Assembly (NCBI GenBank): GCA_036009105.1
Contig: DASYMJ010000043.1
Coordinates: 25,658-89,657 of the forward strand
From: Thermoanaerobaculia bacterium
GTDB taxonomy: Bacteria; Acidobacteriota; Thermoanaerobaculia; Gp7-AA8
Direction of reading: 5' to 3'
Length of the DNA: 64,000 nucleotides
Part shown: positions 25,887 to 34,234 of the stretch, one piece after another
How the letters are laid out: each line of letters opens with the position of its first letter
Position numbering within the stretch: the first letter of the stretch is position 1
The notes under the pieces: model-generated
The model's database searches: none
What the model was told of the DNA's origin: nothing
What the model saw: only the letters and a program-made list of their open reading frames with translations
Position numbers and translations under genes: made by a program

Positions 25887-27196
25887 CCCGCCGCCGCGCA
25901 TTTCTCTGGATCTGGATCGGGCAGCTGATCTCCGTGATCGGCTCGCGCCTTTCCACGTTCGCCGTCGGCATCTGGGTCCTGCAGAAGACCGGCTCGACGA
26001 CGCAGTACGCCTTCATCTTCATCTGCATGGCCGTGCCGGCCCTGCTCCTCGCGCCGTTCGCCGGCGCGCTCGTCGACCGCTGGGACCGGCGCAAGGTGAT
26101 GATCGCCGCCGACGCGCTGGCCGCCTTCACCGTGCTCGGCCTCGGCATGCTGCTCTACCTCGACGCGCTCGAGCTGTGGCAGATCTACGTCGCCGCCGGC
26201 CTGCAGGCGGTCGCCACCGGCTTCCAGATCCCCGCCTACATGGCCAGCATCCCGCTGCTCGTGCCGAAGGAGCAGCTCGCCCGCGCGAACGGCATGGTGC
26301 AGACCGCGTTTGCCGCCGCGCAGATCGTCGGCCCCGCGCTGGCAGGCGTGCTGGTGAGCACCATCTCGCTCTACGGCGTCCTGTTCGTCGACTTCGTCAC
26401 GTTCGTGGCCGGCATCATCGCCCTCCTCGTGGTCGACGTCCCGCGCCCCGCGGCCGGCGAGCACGAAGAGAAGGCGCCAGCGCTGTGGCAGGAGGCGGCG
26501 GAAGGCTTCCGCTTCGTCCGCGAGCGGGGCGGCCTCCTCGGCCTGCTCACCCTCTTCGGTTTCACGAACTTCCTCTTCGGCATCGTCAGCATCCTCATCA
26601 CGCCGATGGTCCTCTCCTTCACGAACGCCGCGGGCCTCGGCATGCAGATGTCGATCGGCGGCTGCGGCCTGCTCCTGGGCGGCGTCCTGATGAGCGCCTG
26701 GGGCGGCCCGAAGCGGCGCATCCACGGCGTGCTCGCCTCCACCGTGTTCGCCGGCCTGATGCTGGCCATGCACGGCCTGCGCGCGGACATCTGGTTCGTC
26801 TCGGCGATGGGCTTCTTCTTCTTCATCTCCCTGCCGATCATGAACGCCTCCCAGGATTCGATCTGGCAGACCAAGGTGCCGGCCGCGCTGCAGGGGCGCT
26901 GCTTCGCCATCCAGCGCGTTTTGTCCGAGGCGGCGATGCCGATCGGTTTCTGCATCGCGGGCCCGCTGGCGGATCGCGTGTTCGAGCCGCTCCTGAGGCC
27001 GGGCGGTCCGCTGGCCGATTCCGTCGGCCGCGTGATCGGCGTCGGCCCCGGACGCGGCATCGCCCTGATCTTCATCGTCTCGGGCTTGACCATGGCGCTG
27101 GCCGGACTGGTCGGCTACGCCATGCGCGGGCTGCGCAACGTCGAGACCGATCTTGCCGACGCGCCGGTCGAGCCGGCGCCCGCTGTCGCTGCATGA
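25883..27196 (+). CDS. MFS transporter (EntS/macrolide-efflux-like), probable product exporter
   Basis: 437 aa with 12 predicted TM helices. The N-terminus MTRRRAFLWIWIGQLISVIGSRLSTFAVGIWVL is typical of the enterobactin-exporter EntS family. Its start overlaps the NRPS3 stop. Confidence 0.8.
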   Translation: MTRRRAFLWIWIGQLISVIGSRLSTFAVGIWVLQKTGSTTQYAFIFICMAVPALLLAPFAGALVDRWDRRKVMIAADALAAFTVLGLGMLLYLDALELWQIYVAAGLQAVATGFQIPAYMASIPLLVPKEQLARANGMVQTAFAAAQIVGPALAGVLVSTISLYGVLFVDFVTFVAGIIALLVVDVPRPAAGEHEEKAPALWQEAAEGFRFVRERGGLLGLLTLFGFTNFLFGIVSILITPMVLSFTNAAGLGMQMSIGGCGLLLGGVLMSAWGGPKRRIHGVLASTVFAGLMLAMHGLRADIWFVSAMGFFFFISLPIMNASQDSIWQTKVPAALQGRCFAIQRVLSEAAMPIGFCIAGPLADRVFEPLLRPGGPLADSVGRVIGVGPGRGIALIFIVSGLTMALAGLVGYAMRGLRNVETDLADAPVEPAPAVAA

Positions 27197-27210
27197 GTCC
27201 CGGAGAATCT

Positions 27211-27990
27211 ATGAGCGCAGACGACACTCACGAAAAAGCAATGGCCGCCGGTTGCCCCCACGCCACGCGCGCCGCGAGCCTTTCCATCCGTTCCGAGTCC
27301 CCCTCGGCGCCGGTCTCGCCCGAGCTTTTCACCATCAACCAGGTGGAGACGCTGATGGCGCCCGAGCATCCGCTGGCCGTCACCGCCAAATGGATGCGCC
27401 GTTTCCTGGCCCGGCCGCATCGCGAGCTCGGCCGCCCCGGCCCGGTCTGCCCCTTCGTCCCCGGCGCCATCGTGCAGGACACCATCTGGATGGCCGACTG
27501 CTCCCTCGGGCGCGGCGACCGGCAGGCCATCATCGAGATCATCGGCCTCTTCCGCGACCTCTTCCTCAACCTAGAGCCGAAGGGGGGCGATGCCGCGGCC
27601 TGGAAGGCGATGGTCATCGTCTTCCCGAACGTAGCCATCGAAGACGCGGATGTGATCGACCAGGTGCAGTCGGAGCTGAAAGCGCGCTTCGTCGACGCCG
27701 GCCTCATGATCGGCGAGTTCCACGAGCGGAACGAGAGCCCCGGCCTGCGCAACGACAACTTCCGCCCGCTGCGCAGCCCCATCCCGGCCCTGGCCATCCG
27801 CCACATGGTGGAGACCGACCTGCCGTTCCTCTACCGCACCCTCTATCCGCCGCCGTTGCGCGCGGAGTTCATCCGCTCCTATCTGCGCCGCCTGGGCGGC
27901 ACGATCAGCCGCAACAACTTCGACGCGGCGCTCGACGCGCTCGTGCTGGCGGAGATCGCCATCCGCACTCCGGAAGAGGTGACGACCTGA
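27211..27990 (+). CDS. Conserved hypothetical protein (259 aa) co-transcribed between the MFS exporter and KMO
   Basis: The ATG at 27211 lies behind a GGAG RBS. The track ORF 26176.. over-extends in frame. I recognise no known catalytic motif. Sequence landmarks are PGPVCPFVPGAIVQDTIWMADCSLGRGDRQAIIEIIGLF and FHERNESPGLRNDNFRPLRSPIPALAIRHMVETDLPF. Confidence 0.55.
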   Translation: MSADDTHEKAMAAGCPHATRAASLSIRSESPSAPVSPELFTINQVETLMAPEHPLAVTAKWMRRFLARPHRELGRPGPVCPFVPGAIVQDTIWMADCSLGRGDRQAIIEIIGLFRDLFLNLEPKGGDAAAWKAMVIVFPNVAIEDADVIDQVQSELKARFVDAGLMIGEFHERNESPGLRNDNFRPLRSPIPALAIRHMVETDLPFLYRTLYPPPLRAEFIRSYLRRLGGTISRNNFDAALDALVLAEIAIRTPEEVTT

Positions 27991-27992
27991 CC

Positions 27993-29306
27993 ATGGATCA
28001 CGTCGCGGTCATCGGCGGCGGGCTGGCCGGCTCGCTCTTCGCGCTGCGCCTGGCCCGGCAGGGGCATCGCGTCGACGTGTACGAGCGGCGTCCCGATCCG
28101 CGCCTGCGCCGCGGCGAAGGCGGCCGGTCGATCAACCTGGGCCTTTCCAAGCGCGGCATCGCCGCGCTGGGCGAGGTCGGCCTGCGCGAGGAGGTGCTCT
28201 CGCTCGCCGTGCCGATGGAGGGCCGCGTGATCCACACCCTGGACGGCGTGGAGCGCTTCCAGCCGTACGGCAAGAACCGCCAGGAAGTGCTGCACTCCAT
28301 CGACCGCAACGAGCTGAACGACCTGCTCCTCGATCGCGCCGAGGCTCATTCGCAGGTGCGTCTGCACTTCGAGCATCGCTGCGTCGGCGTCGATGCTGCC
28401 GCGCGCACCATCCTGGTCGCGGATGCTTCCGGCGCGGTCAGGCCGGTCAGCGCCGACTGGGCGGTCGGCGCGGATGGGGCGTTCTCCAAGATCCGGGAGG
28501 AGATGCAGCGCGGCCAGCGGGCGAACTTCAGCAAGGAGTTCCTGGAGTGGGGCTACAAGGAGCTGAACCTCCCCGCCCGCGCCGACGGCACTTCGCAGCT
28601 GCGCCTGAACGCCCTGCACGTGTGGCCGCGGGGCCACTGCCTCATCGTGTCCCACGCCAACCGCAACGGCTCGCACACCCTGACGCTGTTCCTGCCGTTT
28701 GAAGGCGCCGACAGCTTCGCCACCCTGCGCACGCCATCCGACATCAGCTCCTTCTTCGCCCGCTACTTCCCCGACCTCGTGCCGCTGTTGCCCGAGCTGC
28801 TGTCGCAGTGGGAGAGCCACCCGGTCGGCTCGCTCGTCACCACCCGCACCACGCCGTGGCACCTGGCGGATTGGATCGTCCTCGTCGGCGATGCCTGCCA
28901 CGCCGTCTATCCGTTCTACGGGCAGGGGATGAACTCCGCGTTCGAGGACTGCTCCGCCCTCGCCGCCGCCCTGGCCGCCCACCCGGCCCGCCTGGATGCC
29001 TTTCGCGCCTACGAGCGCTCCCGCCGCCCCCACACCGACACGCTGGCCGAGCTCTCCAAGGAGAACTTCGTCGAGCTCCGCCAGCGCGTGCAGTCGCCCC
29101 TTTTCGTCCTGCGCAAACGGATGGACGTCTGGCTCAACCGCCTCGCGCCGTCGACCTGGCTCCCCCTCTACACGATGATCGCCCACACCACGATGCCGTA
29201 CGGCGACGCCCTGGCCCGCGCGCGGCGGCAGGACCGGTTGCTGTTGTCGCTGGCCGGCGCCTGCGGGGTGGCAGTGCTGGGGGCGCTGGCGCTGCTATTG
29301 GGGTAA
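27993..29306 (+). CDS. kmo: Kynurenine 3-monooxygenase (FAD-dependent), with a hydrophobic C-terminal tail
   Basis: The FAD fold is VAVIGGGLAGSLFAL. KMO-specific segments are YERRPDPRLRRGEGGRSINLGL, NALHVWPRGHCLI and VLVGDACHAVYPFYGQGMNSAFEDC. These closely match the Pseudomonas KMO motifs FERRPDPR/RGRSINLAL, NALHIWP and [23 protein letters not shown]. The C-terminal 22 aa (LLLSLAGACGVAVLGALALLLG) are hydrophobic. The start is 3 nt after the upstream stop. Confidence 0.85.
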   Translation: MDHVAVIGGGLAGSLFALRLARQGHRVDVYERRPDPRLRRGEGGRSINLGLSKRGIAALGEVGLREEVLSLAVPMEGRVIHTLDGVERFQPYGKNRQEVLHSIDRNELNDLLLDRAEAHSQVRLHFEHRCVGVDAAARTILVADASGAVRPVSADWAVGADGAFSKIREEMQRGQRANFSKEFLEWGYKELNLPARADGTSQLRLNALHVWPRGHCLIVSHANRNGSHTLTLFLPFEGADSFATLRTPSDISSFFARYFPDLVPLLPELLSQWESHPVGSLVTTRTTPWHLADWIVLVGDACHAVYPFYGQGMNSAFEDCSALAAALAAHPARLDAFRAYERSRRPHTDTLAELSKENFVELRQRVQSPLFVLRKRMDVWLNRLAPSTWLPLYTMIAHTTMPYGDALARARRQDRLLLSLAGACGVAVLGALALLLG

Positions 29307-29314
29307 GGTACCGT

Positions 29315-29410
29315 GTCATCCTGAGCCGCGGAGACGGCGAAGGATCCGTACCGATCTTGCGCCGCGCCTGAAGGTTCGGATCCTTCGTCCTCTTCGGGAC
29401 TCAGGATGAC
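29315..29410. repeat. Full-length MITE-like hairpin element (GTCATCCTGAG...CGAAGGATCC family)
   Basis: The left end is gtcatcctgagccgcggagacggcgaaggatccgtaccgatcttgcgccgcgcctgaaggttcggatccttcgtcctcttcgggactcaggatgac, with a variable centre. The element is 96 nt, with 26-30 nt terminal inverted repeats. Confidence 0.8.
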
Positions 29411-29414
29411 ACCC

Positions 29415-29735
29415 ATGCCCGTCACCTTCGACACCGTCCGCGAAGTCGCCCTCGCCATGCCGAACGTGGTGGAGGGCACCTCGTACGGCACGCCGGCGCT
29501 GCGGGTGAAGACGAAGTTCCTGGCCCGGCTGCGGGAGGATGGGGACTCCGTCGCGTTCCGGGTCGGGTTCGATGAGCGGGACCTGTTGATGGCGGCGAAG
29601 CCCGACACCTTCTTCATCACCGATCACTACCGCGGCTATCCGGCCGTGTTGCTGCGGCTCTCCCGGGCCACGCGCGAGGATGTGGCGGAGATCGTCCGCC
29701 TGGCCTTCGCGGCGGTGACGGCGAAACGGCGATGA
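29415..29735 (+). CDS. MmcQ/YjbR family DNA-binding protein
   Basis: The motifs TSYGTPALRVKTKFLARL and DHYRGYPAVLLRL are typical of the MmcQ/YjbR family. The alternative ATG at 29406 lies inside the repeat element. Confidence 0.6.
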   Translation: MPVTFDTVREVALAMPNVVEGTSYGTPALRVKTKFLARLREDGDSVAFRVGFDERDLLMAAKPDTFFITDHYRGYPAVLLRLSRATREDVAEIVRLAFAAVTAKRR

Positions 29736-29749
29736 TCGCCGCATGCCGC

Positions 29750-32700
29750 TCAGCCGATGGCCGGCTCCATGTCGCCGACTTCCGCATCCGCCACCGGCTC
29801 GATCCGGCGGTGCGTCTTGGCCACCAGCACGTAGATCGACGGCACGACGAACAGTGTGAACGCCGTTCCGATGATCATGCCGGAGACGAGCATGATGCCG
29901 ATGCTGTTGCGGGCGCCGGCGCCGGGGCCGGCCGCGAAGACGAGCGGCAGGTGGCCCATCACCGTGGCGGCGGTGGTCATCAGAATGGGGCGGAGGCGCG
30001 TGCCGGCCGCCTCGAGCACGGCGGACAGCTTGTCGTGCCCCTCCTCCTGCAGATGGTTGGCGAACTGCACGATGAGGATGCCGTTGCGGGCGATGAGGCC
30101 GACCAGGGTGATGAGTCCGACCTGACTGTAGATGTTGATCGAGGTCAGGCCGAGGAACGAGAAGAGGAGCGAGCCGGAGAGGGCGAGCGGCACCGAGCCG
30201 GCCAGGATGATGAACGGATCGCGGAAGCTCTCGAACTGCGCGGCGAGGACGAGGTAGATGAGGATCGCGGAGAGCAGGAAGACGCCGAGGAAGCGCGCCC
30301 CTTCGGTGCGCAGCTGGCGCGACTCGCCGGCGTAGTCGACGGTGAAGCCGCGGGGGAGCGTCTTCGCCGCCTCGTCTTCCAGGAACTTCAGCGCGGAGTC
30401 GAGGGAGACGCCGGGCGGGATGGCCCCCTGGATGCGCACCGCGTTGAGCTGCTGGAAGCGCTTCAGCTCGCGCGGCTCGGTGGTGGTCTGCAGCGTGGCG
30501 AAGGTGGAGAGCGGCACGAGCTGGCCGTTGCCGCCGGTGATGTAAATCTCCGACAGCTGGTCGGCCGTCAAACGGTCGGCCCGCTTCACGAGCGGGATCA
30601 CCTTGTAGCTGCGTCCCTGGATGCTGAAGCGGTTCACGTAATTGCCGCCTAGCAGCGTGGAAAGATCGCGGCCGGCCTGGGCGAGGTCGACGCCCTGCGC
30701 GCGCAGCTTGTCGCGGTTGAACACCACCCGCGCCTGCGGCTGGTCGAACTTGAGGTCCGTATCGGCGAACATGAACTTGCCGCTCGTCATCGCCTTCTGC
30801 ACCAGGTTGTTGGCCAGCTCCGCCAGCTGGGCCGGCTCGGCGGTGGAGACGATGGCGAAGTCGACCGGGAAGCCCTGGCTGCCCGGCAGCGATGGCGGCA
30901 CGAGCTGGATCACCCGGATGCCCGGGATCTGGGCCGACTTCGCGGAGACGTCCATCAGGATCTGGTTGATGTCGCGGTCGCGCTGCGAATGCGGCTTGAC
31001 CACCATGCCGCCGAAGCCGCCGCCGGGAAAGATGACCTGGAACGAGCCCTCGTGCTCGGGCACGGAGCGGTAGGCGTCGCTCACCTGCCTGGCGAAGAGC
31101 TTGGTCTGGTCGATGGTGGAGTTCGCGGCCCCCTGGATGATCCCGAAAAGGAAGTTCTGGTCCTCGGTGGGGGCGAGCTCCTTCTGCGAGAAGAGGTAGA
31201 GGGGGAAGATGAGCAGCACCACGAACACCCACAGCGTGATGACCACCGGCCGGTAGTTGAGCGTGCGGGAGAGCAGGCGCGTGTAGAGGTGCTGCACGGA
31301 CTCGAAGCGGCGGTTGACCATGCCGGCGAAGCCCTTCTCCGTGTCGCCGGCGCGGAGGAGCTTGGAGCCCATCATCGGGGAGAGCGTCAGGGCGACGACG
31401 CCGGAGATGAACACCGCGCCGGCCAGGGTGAAGGCGAACTCGCGGAAGAGCGAGCCGGTCAGGCCGCCCTGCAGCGCCACCGGCGTGTAGACCGCGGCCA
31501 GGGTGATGGTCATGGCGATGATCGGCGCCACCAGCTCGCGCGCCGCGTCGATGGCCGCCTGGAACGGCGTCTTCCCCATGTGCAGATGCCGCTCGATGTT
31601 CTCCACCATGACGATGGCATCGTCCACCACGAGGCCGACGGAGAGCACGACCGCGAGCAGGGTGAGCAGGTTGATGGTGAAGCCGAAGACGAGCATCAGC
31701 AGCACGGCGCCGATCAGGGAGATGGGGATGGCGATGACCGGGATGATCACGCCGCGCACCGAGCCGAGGAAGAGGAAGATGATCAGGATGACGATGAGCA
31801 GCGTCTCGACGAGCGTCTTGAGCACTTCGTCGATGGCCGACTGGATGTAGGCGGAGGAGTCGTAAGGGACGCCGGTGGTCATGCCGGCGGGGAGCTGGGC
31901 CCGGATCTCCGGCATCGCCTCGCGCACCCGCTTCATCACGTCCAGCGTGTTCGCGGTGGGGAGGGTGAAGATGCCGATGAAGACGGCGGTCTGGCCGTTG
32001 AAGCTCACCTCGCCGTCATACGTCTCGGCGCCGAGGACGACGTCCGCGATGTCGCCCAGGCGGACCAGATCATTGCCCCGCTCCTTGACCACCAGCTGCT
32101 TGAACTCCTCGGCCGTCTCCAGGTTCGTGTTGGCCACGAGGTTGACCGAGGTCATGGAGCCCTTGGTGCGGCCGAGGGCGGAAAGGTAGTTGTTCGCGGC
32201 GAGCGCGTTGCGGACGTCGGTGGGGGAGATCTGGCGGGCAGCCATCCGCTGCGGATCGAGCCACACTCTCATCGCAAACGTCCGGTCGCCGAAGATCTCG
32301 GCGCGCTGCACGCCGGAGATGGCGCTCAGCTTCGGCTGCACCACCCGGGTCAGGTAGTCCGTGATCTGGTTCTGGTCGAGGTCCTTCGAGGCGAAGCCGA
32401 GGTAGGCGGCGGCGAACTGGCTATCCGTCGTCTGCAGATCGATGATCGGCGCCTCGGCCTCGGGCGGCAGCTGGTTGCGCACCTGCGCCACTTTCGACTG
32501 GATCTGCGTCAGCGCGGCGTTCGTGTCGTAGTTGAGCTTGAGGTGGACGGTGATCGTGCTCACGCCCTGGCCGCTGGAGGACTCGAGGAAGTCGATGCCG
32601 TCCGCGCCGGCGATGGCCCGCTCCAGCGGTGCGGTGATGAAGCCGCGCACCAGGTCCGCGTTCGCGCCGACATAGGCCGTGCTGACCACCACGTTGGCCA

Positions 32701-32824
32701 TGTCGCTGCGCGGGAACTGGCGCACCACGAGCGAGCGGATGGACTGCAGCCCGGCGATGAGGATCACCAGGTTGACCACCATCGCCAGGACAGGACGGCG
32801 GATGAAGAGATCTGTGAATTTCAT
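29750..32824 (-). CDS. RND multidrug efflux permease (HAE1/AcrB-MexB family)
   Basis: 1024 aa with 12 TM helices and two large periplasmic loops. The N-terminus MKFTDLFIRRPVLAMVVNLVILIAGL is typical of AcrB. Confidence 0.9.
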   Translation of the reverse strand: MKFTDLFIRRPVLAMVVNLVILIAGLQSIRSLVVRQFPRSDMANVVVSTAYVGANADLVRGFITAPLERAIAGADGIDFLESSSGQGVSTITVHLKLNYDTNAALTQIQSKVAQVRNQLPPEAEAPIIDLQTTDSQFAAAYLGFASKDLDQNQITDYLTRVVQPKLSAISGVQRAEIFGDRTFAMRVWLDPQRMAARQISPTDVRNALAANNYLSALGRTKGSMTSVNLVANTNLETAEEFKQLVVKERGNDLVRLGDIADVVLGAETYDGEVSFNGQTAVFIGIFTLPTANTLDVMKRVREAMPEIRAQLPAGMTTGVPYDSSAYIQSAIDEVLKTLVETLLIVILIIFLFLGSVRGVIIPVIAIPISLIGAVLLMLVFGFTINLLTLLAVVLSVGLVVDDAIVMVENIERHLHMGKTPFQAAIDAARELVAPIIAMTITLAAVYTPVALQGGLTGSLFREFAFTLAGAVFISGVVALTLSPMMGSKLLRAGDTEKGFAGMVNRRFESVQHLYTRLLSRTLNYRPVVITLWVFVVLLIFPLYLFSQKELAPTEDQNFLFGIIQGAANSTIDQTKLFARQVSDAYRSVPEHEGSFQVIFPGGGFGGMVVKPHSQRDRDINQILMDVSAKSAQIPGIRVIQLVPPSLPGSQGFPVDFAIVSTAEPAQLAELANNLVQKAMTSGKFMFADTDLKFDQPQARVVFNRDKLRAQGVDLAQAGRDLSTLLGGNYVNRFSIQGRSYKVIPLVKRADRLTADQLSEIYITGGNGQLVPLSTFATLQTTTEPRELKRFQQLNAVRIQGAIPPGVSLDSALKFLEDEAAKTLPRGFTVDYAGESRQLRTEGARFLGVFLLSAILIYLVLAAQFESFRDPFIILAGSVPLALSGSLLFSFLGLTSINIYSQVGLITLVGLIARNGILIVQFANHLQEEGHDKLSAVLEAAGTRLRPILMTTAATVMGHLPLVFAAGPGAGARNSIGIMLVSGMIIGTAFTLFVVPSIYVLVAKTHRRIEPVADAEVGDMEPAIG

Positions 32825-32836
32825 TGGCTTCTCCGT

Positions 32837-32920
32837 GTCATCCTCAAGTCGCGCAGACGACGAAGGATCTCCCGGCGCTTGCGAGGAGATCCTTCGGCCA
32901 TCTGAGCCGCTCAGGATGAC
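32837..32920. repeat. MITE-like hairpin element (variant GTCATCCTCAAG...) between the RND and MFP genes
   Basis: The element is gtcatcctcaagtcgcgcagacgacgaaggatctcccggcgcttgcgaggagatccttcggccatctgagccgctcaggatgac. The termini are conserved and the centre is divergent. Confidence 0.75.
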
Positions 32921-32921
32921 A

Positions 32922-34043
32922 CTAGCTGTTCTCCGGCTTGGGCGTTGCGCTGTTGGACGGTTGCACGGAGTTGTTGACGATGACGGCCGCGCCGGGGCGG
33001 AGCTTGAACGCGCCGGAGGTGACGACTTCCTCGCCCGGCTTGAGGCCGGTCAGGATGCCGATCTGGTCTCCGCGCGAGCCGCCCAGCTTCACGAACTGCT
33101 GGCGCACGCCGCGGTAGGTCGTCCCCTTCTTCGGGTCCTTCATCTGCTCCACGATGAAGACCGAGTCGCCGAACGGCGCATAGCTGATGGCGGAGGCGGG
33201 GACGACCACGACCGGCGAGGAGCCGCCGCTGGAGAGCTTGGCCTGCACGTACATGCCGGGGCGGAGCTTGCCGGAACGGTTCTCGAAGATGGCCTGCACC
33301 CGGACGTTGCGCGTGGCTTCGTCGATGGCGGACTCGAAGGCGGCGACGCGGCCGTGCTCCGGCGCGCCGAGAGCGTCGGAGACGACTTCGATCTCCGAGC
33401 CGGGGGCGAGCTTGCCGAGGTCGGCCTGGGGGACGGAGAAGTTGACGTAGGCGGGGCGGATGGCCTGCAGGGTGACGATCGGCGCGCCGCCGGCGAGGTA
33501 CTGGCCGAGGTTCACCTGGCGCAGGCCGAGGACGCCGGCGAAGGGGGCGCGGATGGTTTTGCGCTCGATCATCGCCCTGATCTCGCCGACACGCGCGTCG
33601 GCGGACTTGAATTCGGCGCTGGCTTGGTCGAGCGACGACTGGGCGACCACGCCCTGGCCGGCCATCCCCTGGTTGCGCTGCAGGGCGAGGCGGGCCAGCT
33701 CGCGCTGCGCTTCGGCGGCGGCCAGCTGGGCCCGCTCCTGCTTGGTGTCGAGGCGGACCAGGATGTCACCCTTGGAGACGGAGTGGCCGGAGTCGAACGA
33801 GATCTGCTCGATGATGCCGGGCAGGTCGGCGCTGACGGTGACGCCGTTCACCGCGGCGACGGTGCCGATCGCATTCGTCGCGCCGGTCCACGTCTCCTGC
33901 CGGACGATGGTCGTCGTGACGGCTTCCGGGGGCGGCTCCCAGCTCTGGGACATCGCCGTTTTGATCTGGGAGTACTTGAACCAGGCGAGGATGGCGATGA
34001 CGGCGAAGACGACGACGAGCATCAAAAACAAACGCTTTTTCAT
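32922..34043 (-). CDS. RND efflux periplasmic adaptor (membrane fusion protein, AcrA/HlyD family)
   Basis: There is an N-terminal TM helix, a coiled-coil hairpin (ERAQLAAAEAQRELARLALQRNQ) and lipoyl/beta-barrel segments. It lies directly upstream of the RND permease. Confidence 0.9.
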   Translation of the reverse strand: MKKRLFLMLVVVFAVIAILAWFKYSQIKTAMSQSWEPPPEAVTTTIVRQETWTGATNAIGTVAAVNGVTVSADLPGIIEQISFDSGHSVSKGDILVRLDTKQERAQLAAAEAQRELARLALQRNQGMAGQGVVAQSSLDQASAEFKSADARVGEIRAMIERKTIRAPFAGVLGLRQVNLGQYLAGGAPIVTLQAIRPAYVNFSVPQADLGKLAPGSEIEVVSDALGAPEHGRVAAFESAIDEATRNVRVQAIFENRSGKLRPGMYVQAKLSSGGSSPVVVVPASAISYAPFGDSVFIVEQMKDPKKGTTYRGVRQQFVKLGGSRGDQIGILTGLKPGEEVVTSGAFKLRPGAAVIVNNSVQPSNSATPKPENS

Positions 34044-34234
34044 GGCGAGTCAAAAACTCTACAACGTTGAAAGCCGCGGCGCGGTCAAATCCGTGTGAGC
34101 ACGGAGCAGCAGCGCGCGTTGGCGGTTGAAATTCCACGAGCCGTAGAGGCCCGTGATCAGCGGCCGGAACGGCCGCGACGATTCTGGACTGGCGGGTATT
34201 TTAACGCGGCAGGGCGTTACGGGGTGTCACAAAA

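Noticed and set aside
25883-27196. Calling the MFS protein a specific siderophore exporter
   Set aside because: Only the EntS-like N-terminal pattern and general MFS topology are visible. Substrate cannot be inferred, so I call it a probable product exporter based on operon context only.
11260-29306. N-terminal extensions of track ORFs (11260, 12018, 14534, 18217, 20883, 26176, 27153 starts)
   Set aside because: Each extension runs in frame through the 3' end of the preceding gene or through a palindromic repeat. Internal ATG/GTG starts placed 0-15 nt after the upstream stop, some with a purine-rich RBS (AAGGGA before 11488, GGAG before 27211), give proteins beginning at recognisable N-terminal motifs. 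I used those starts.
34044-34234. Possible small regulator gene or sRNA in the 190-nt region upstream of the RND operon
   Set aside because: The only ORF (33766-34137, minus) overlaps the MFP start and has antisense-like composition. Nothing beyond the decamer palindrome is supportable from sequence alone.
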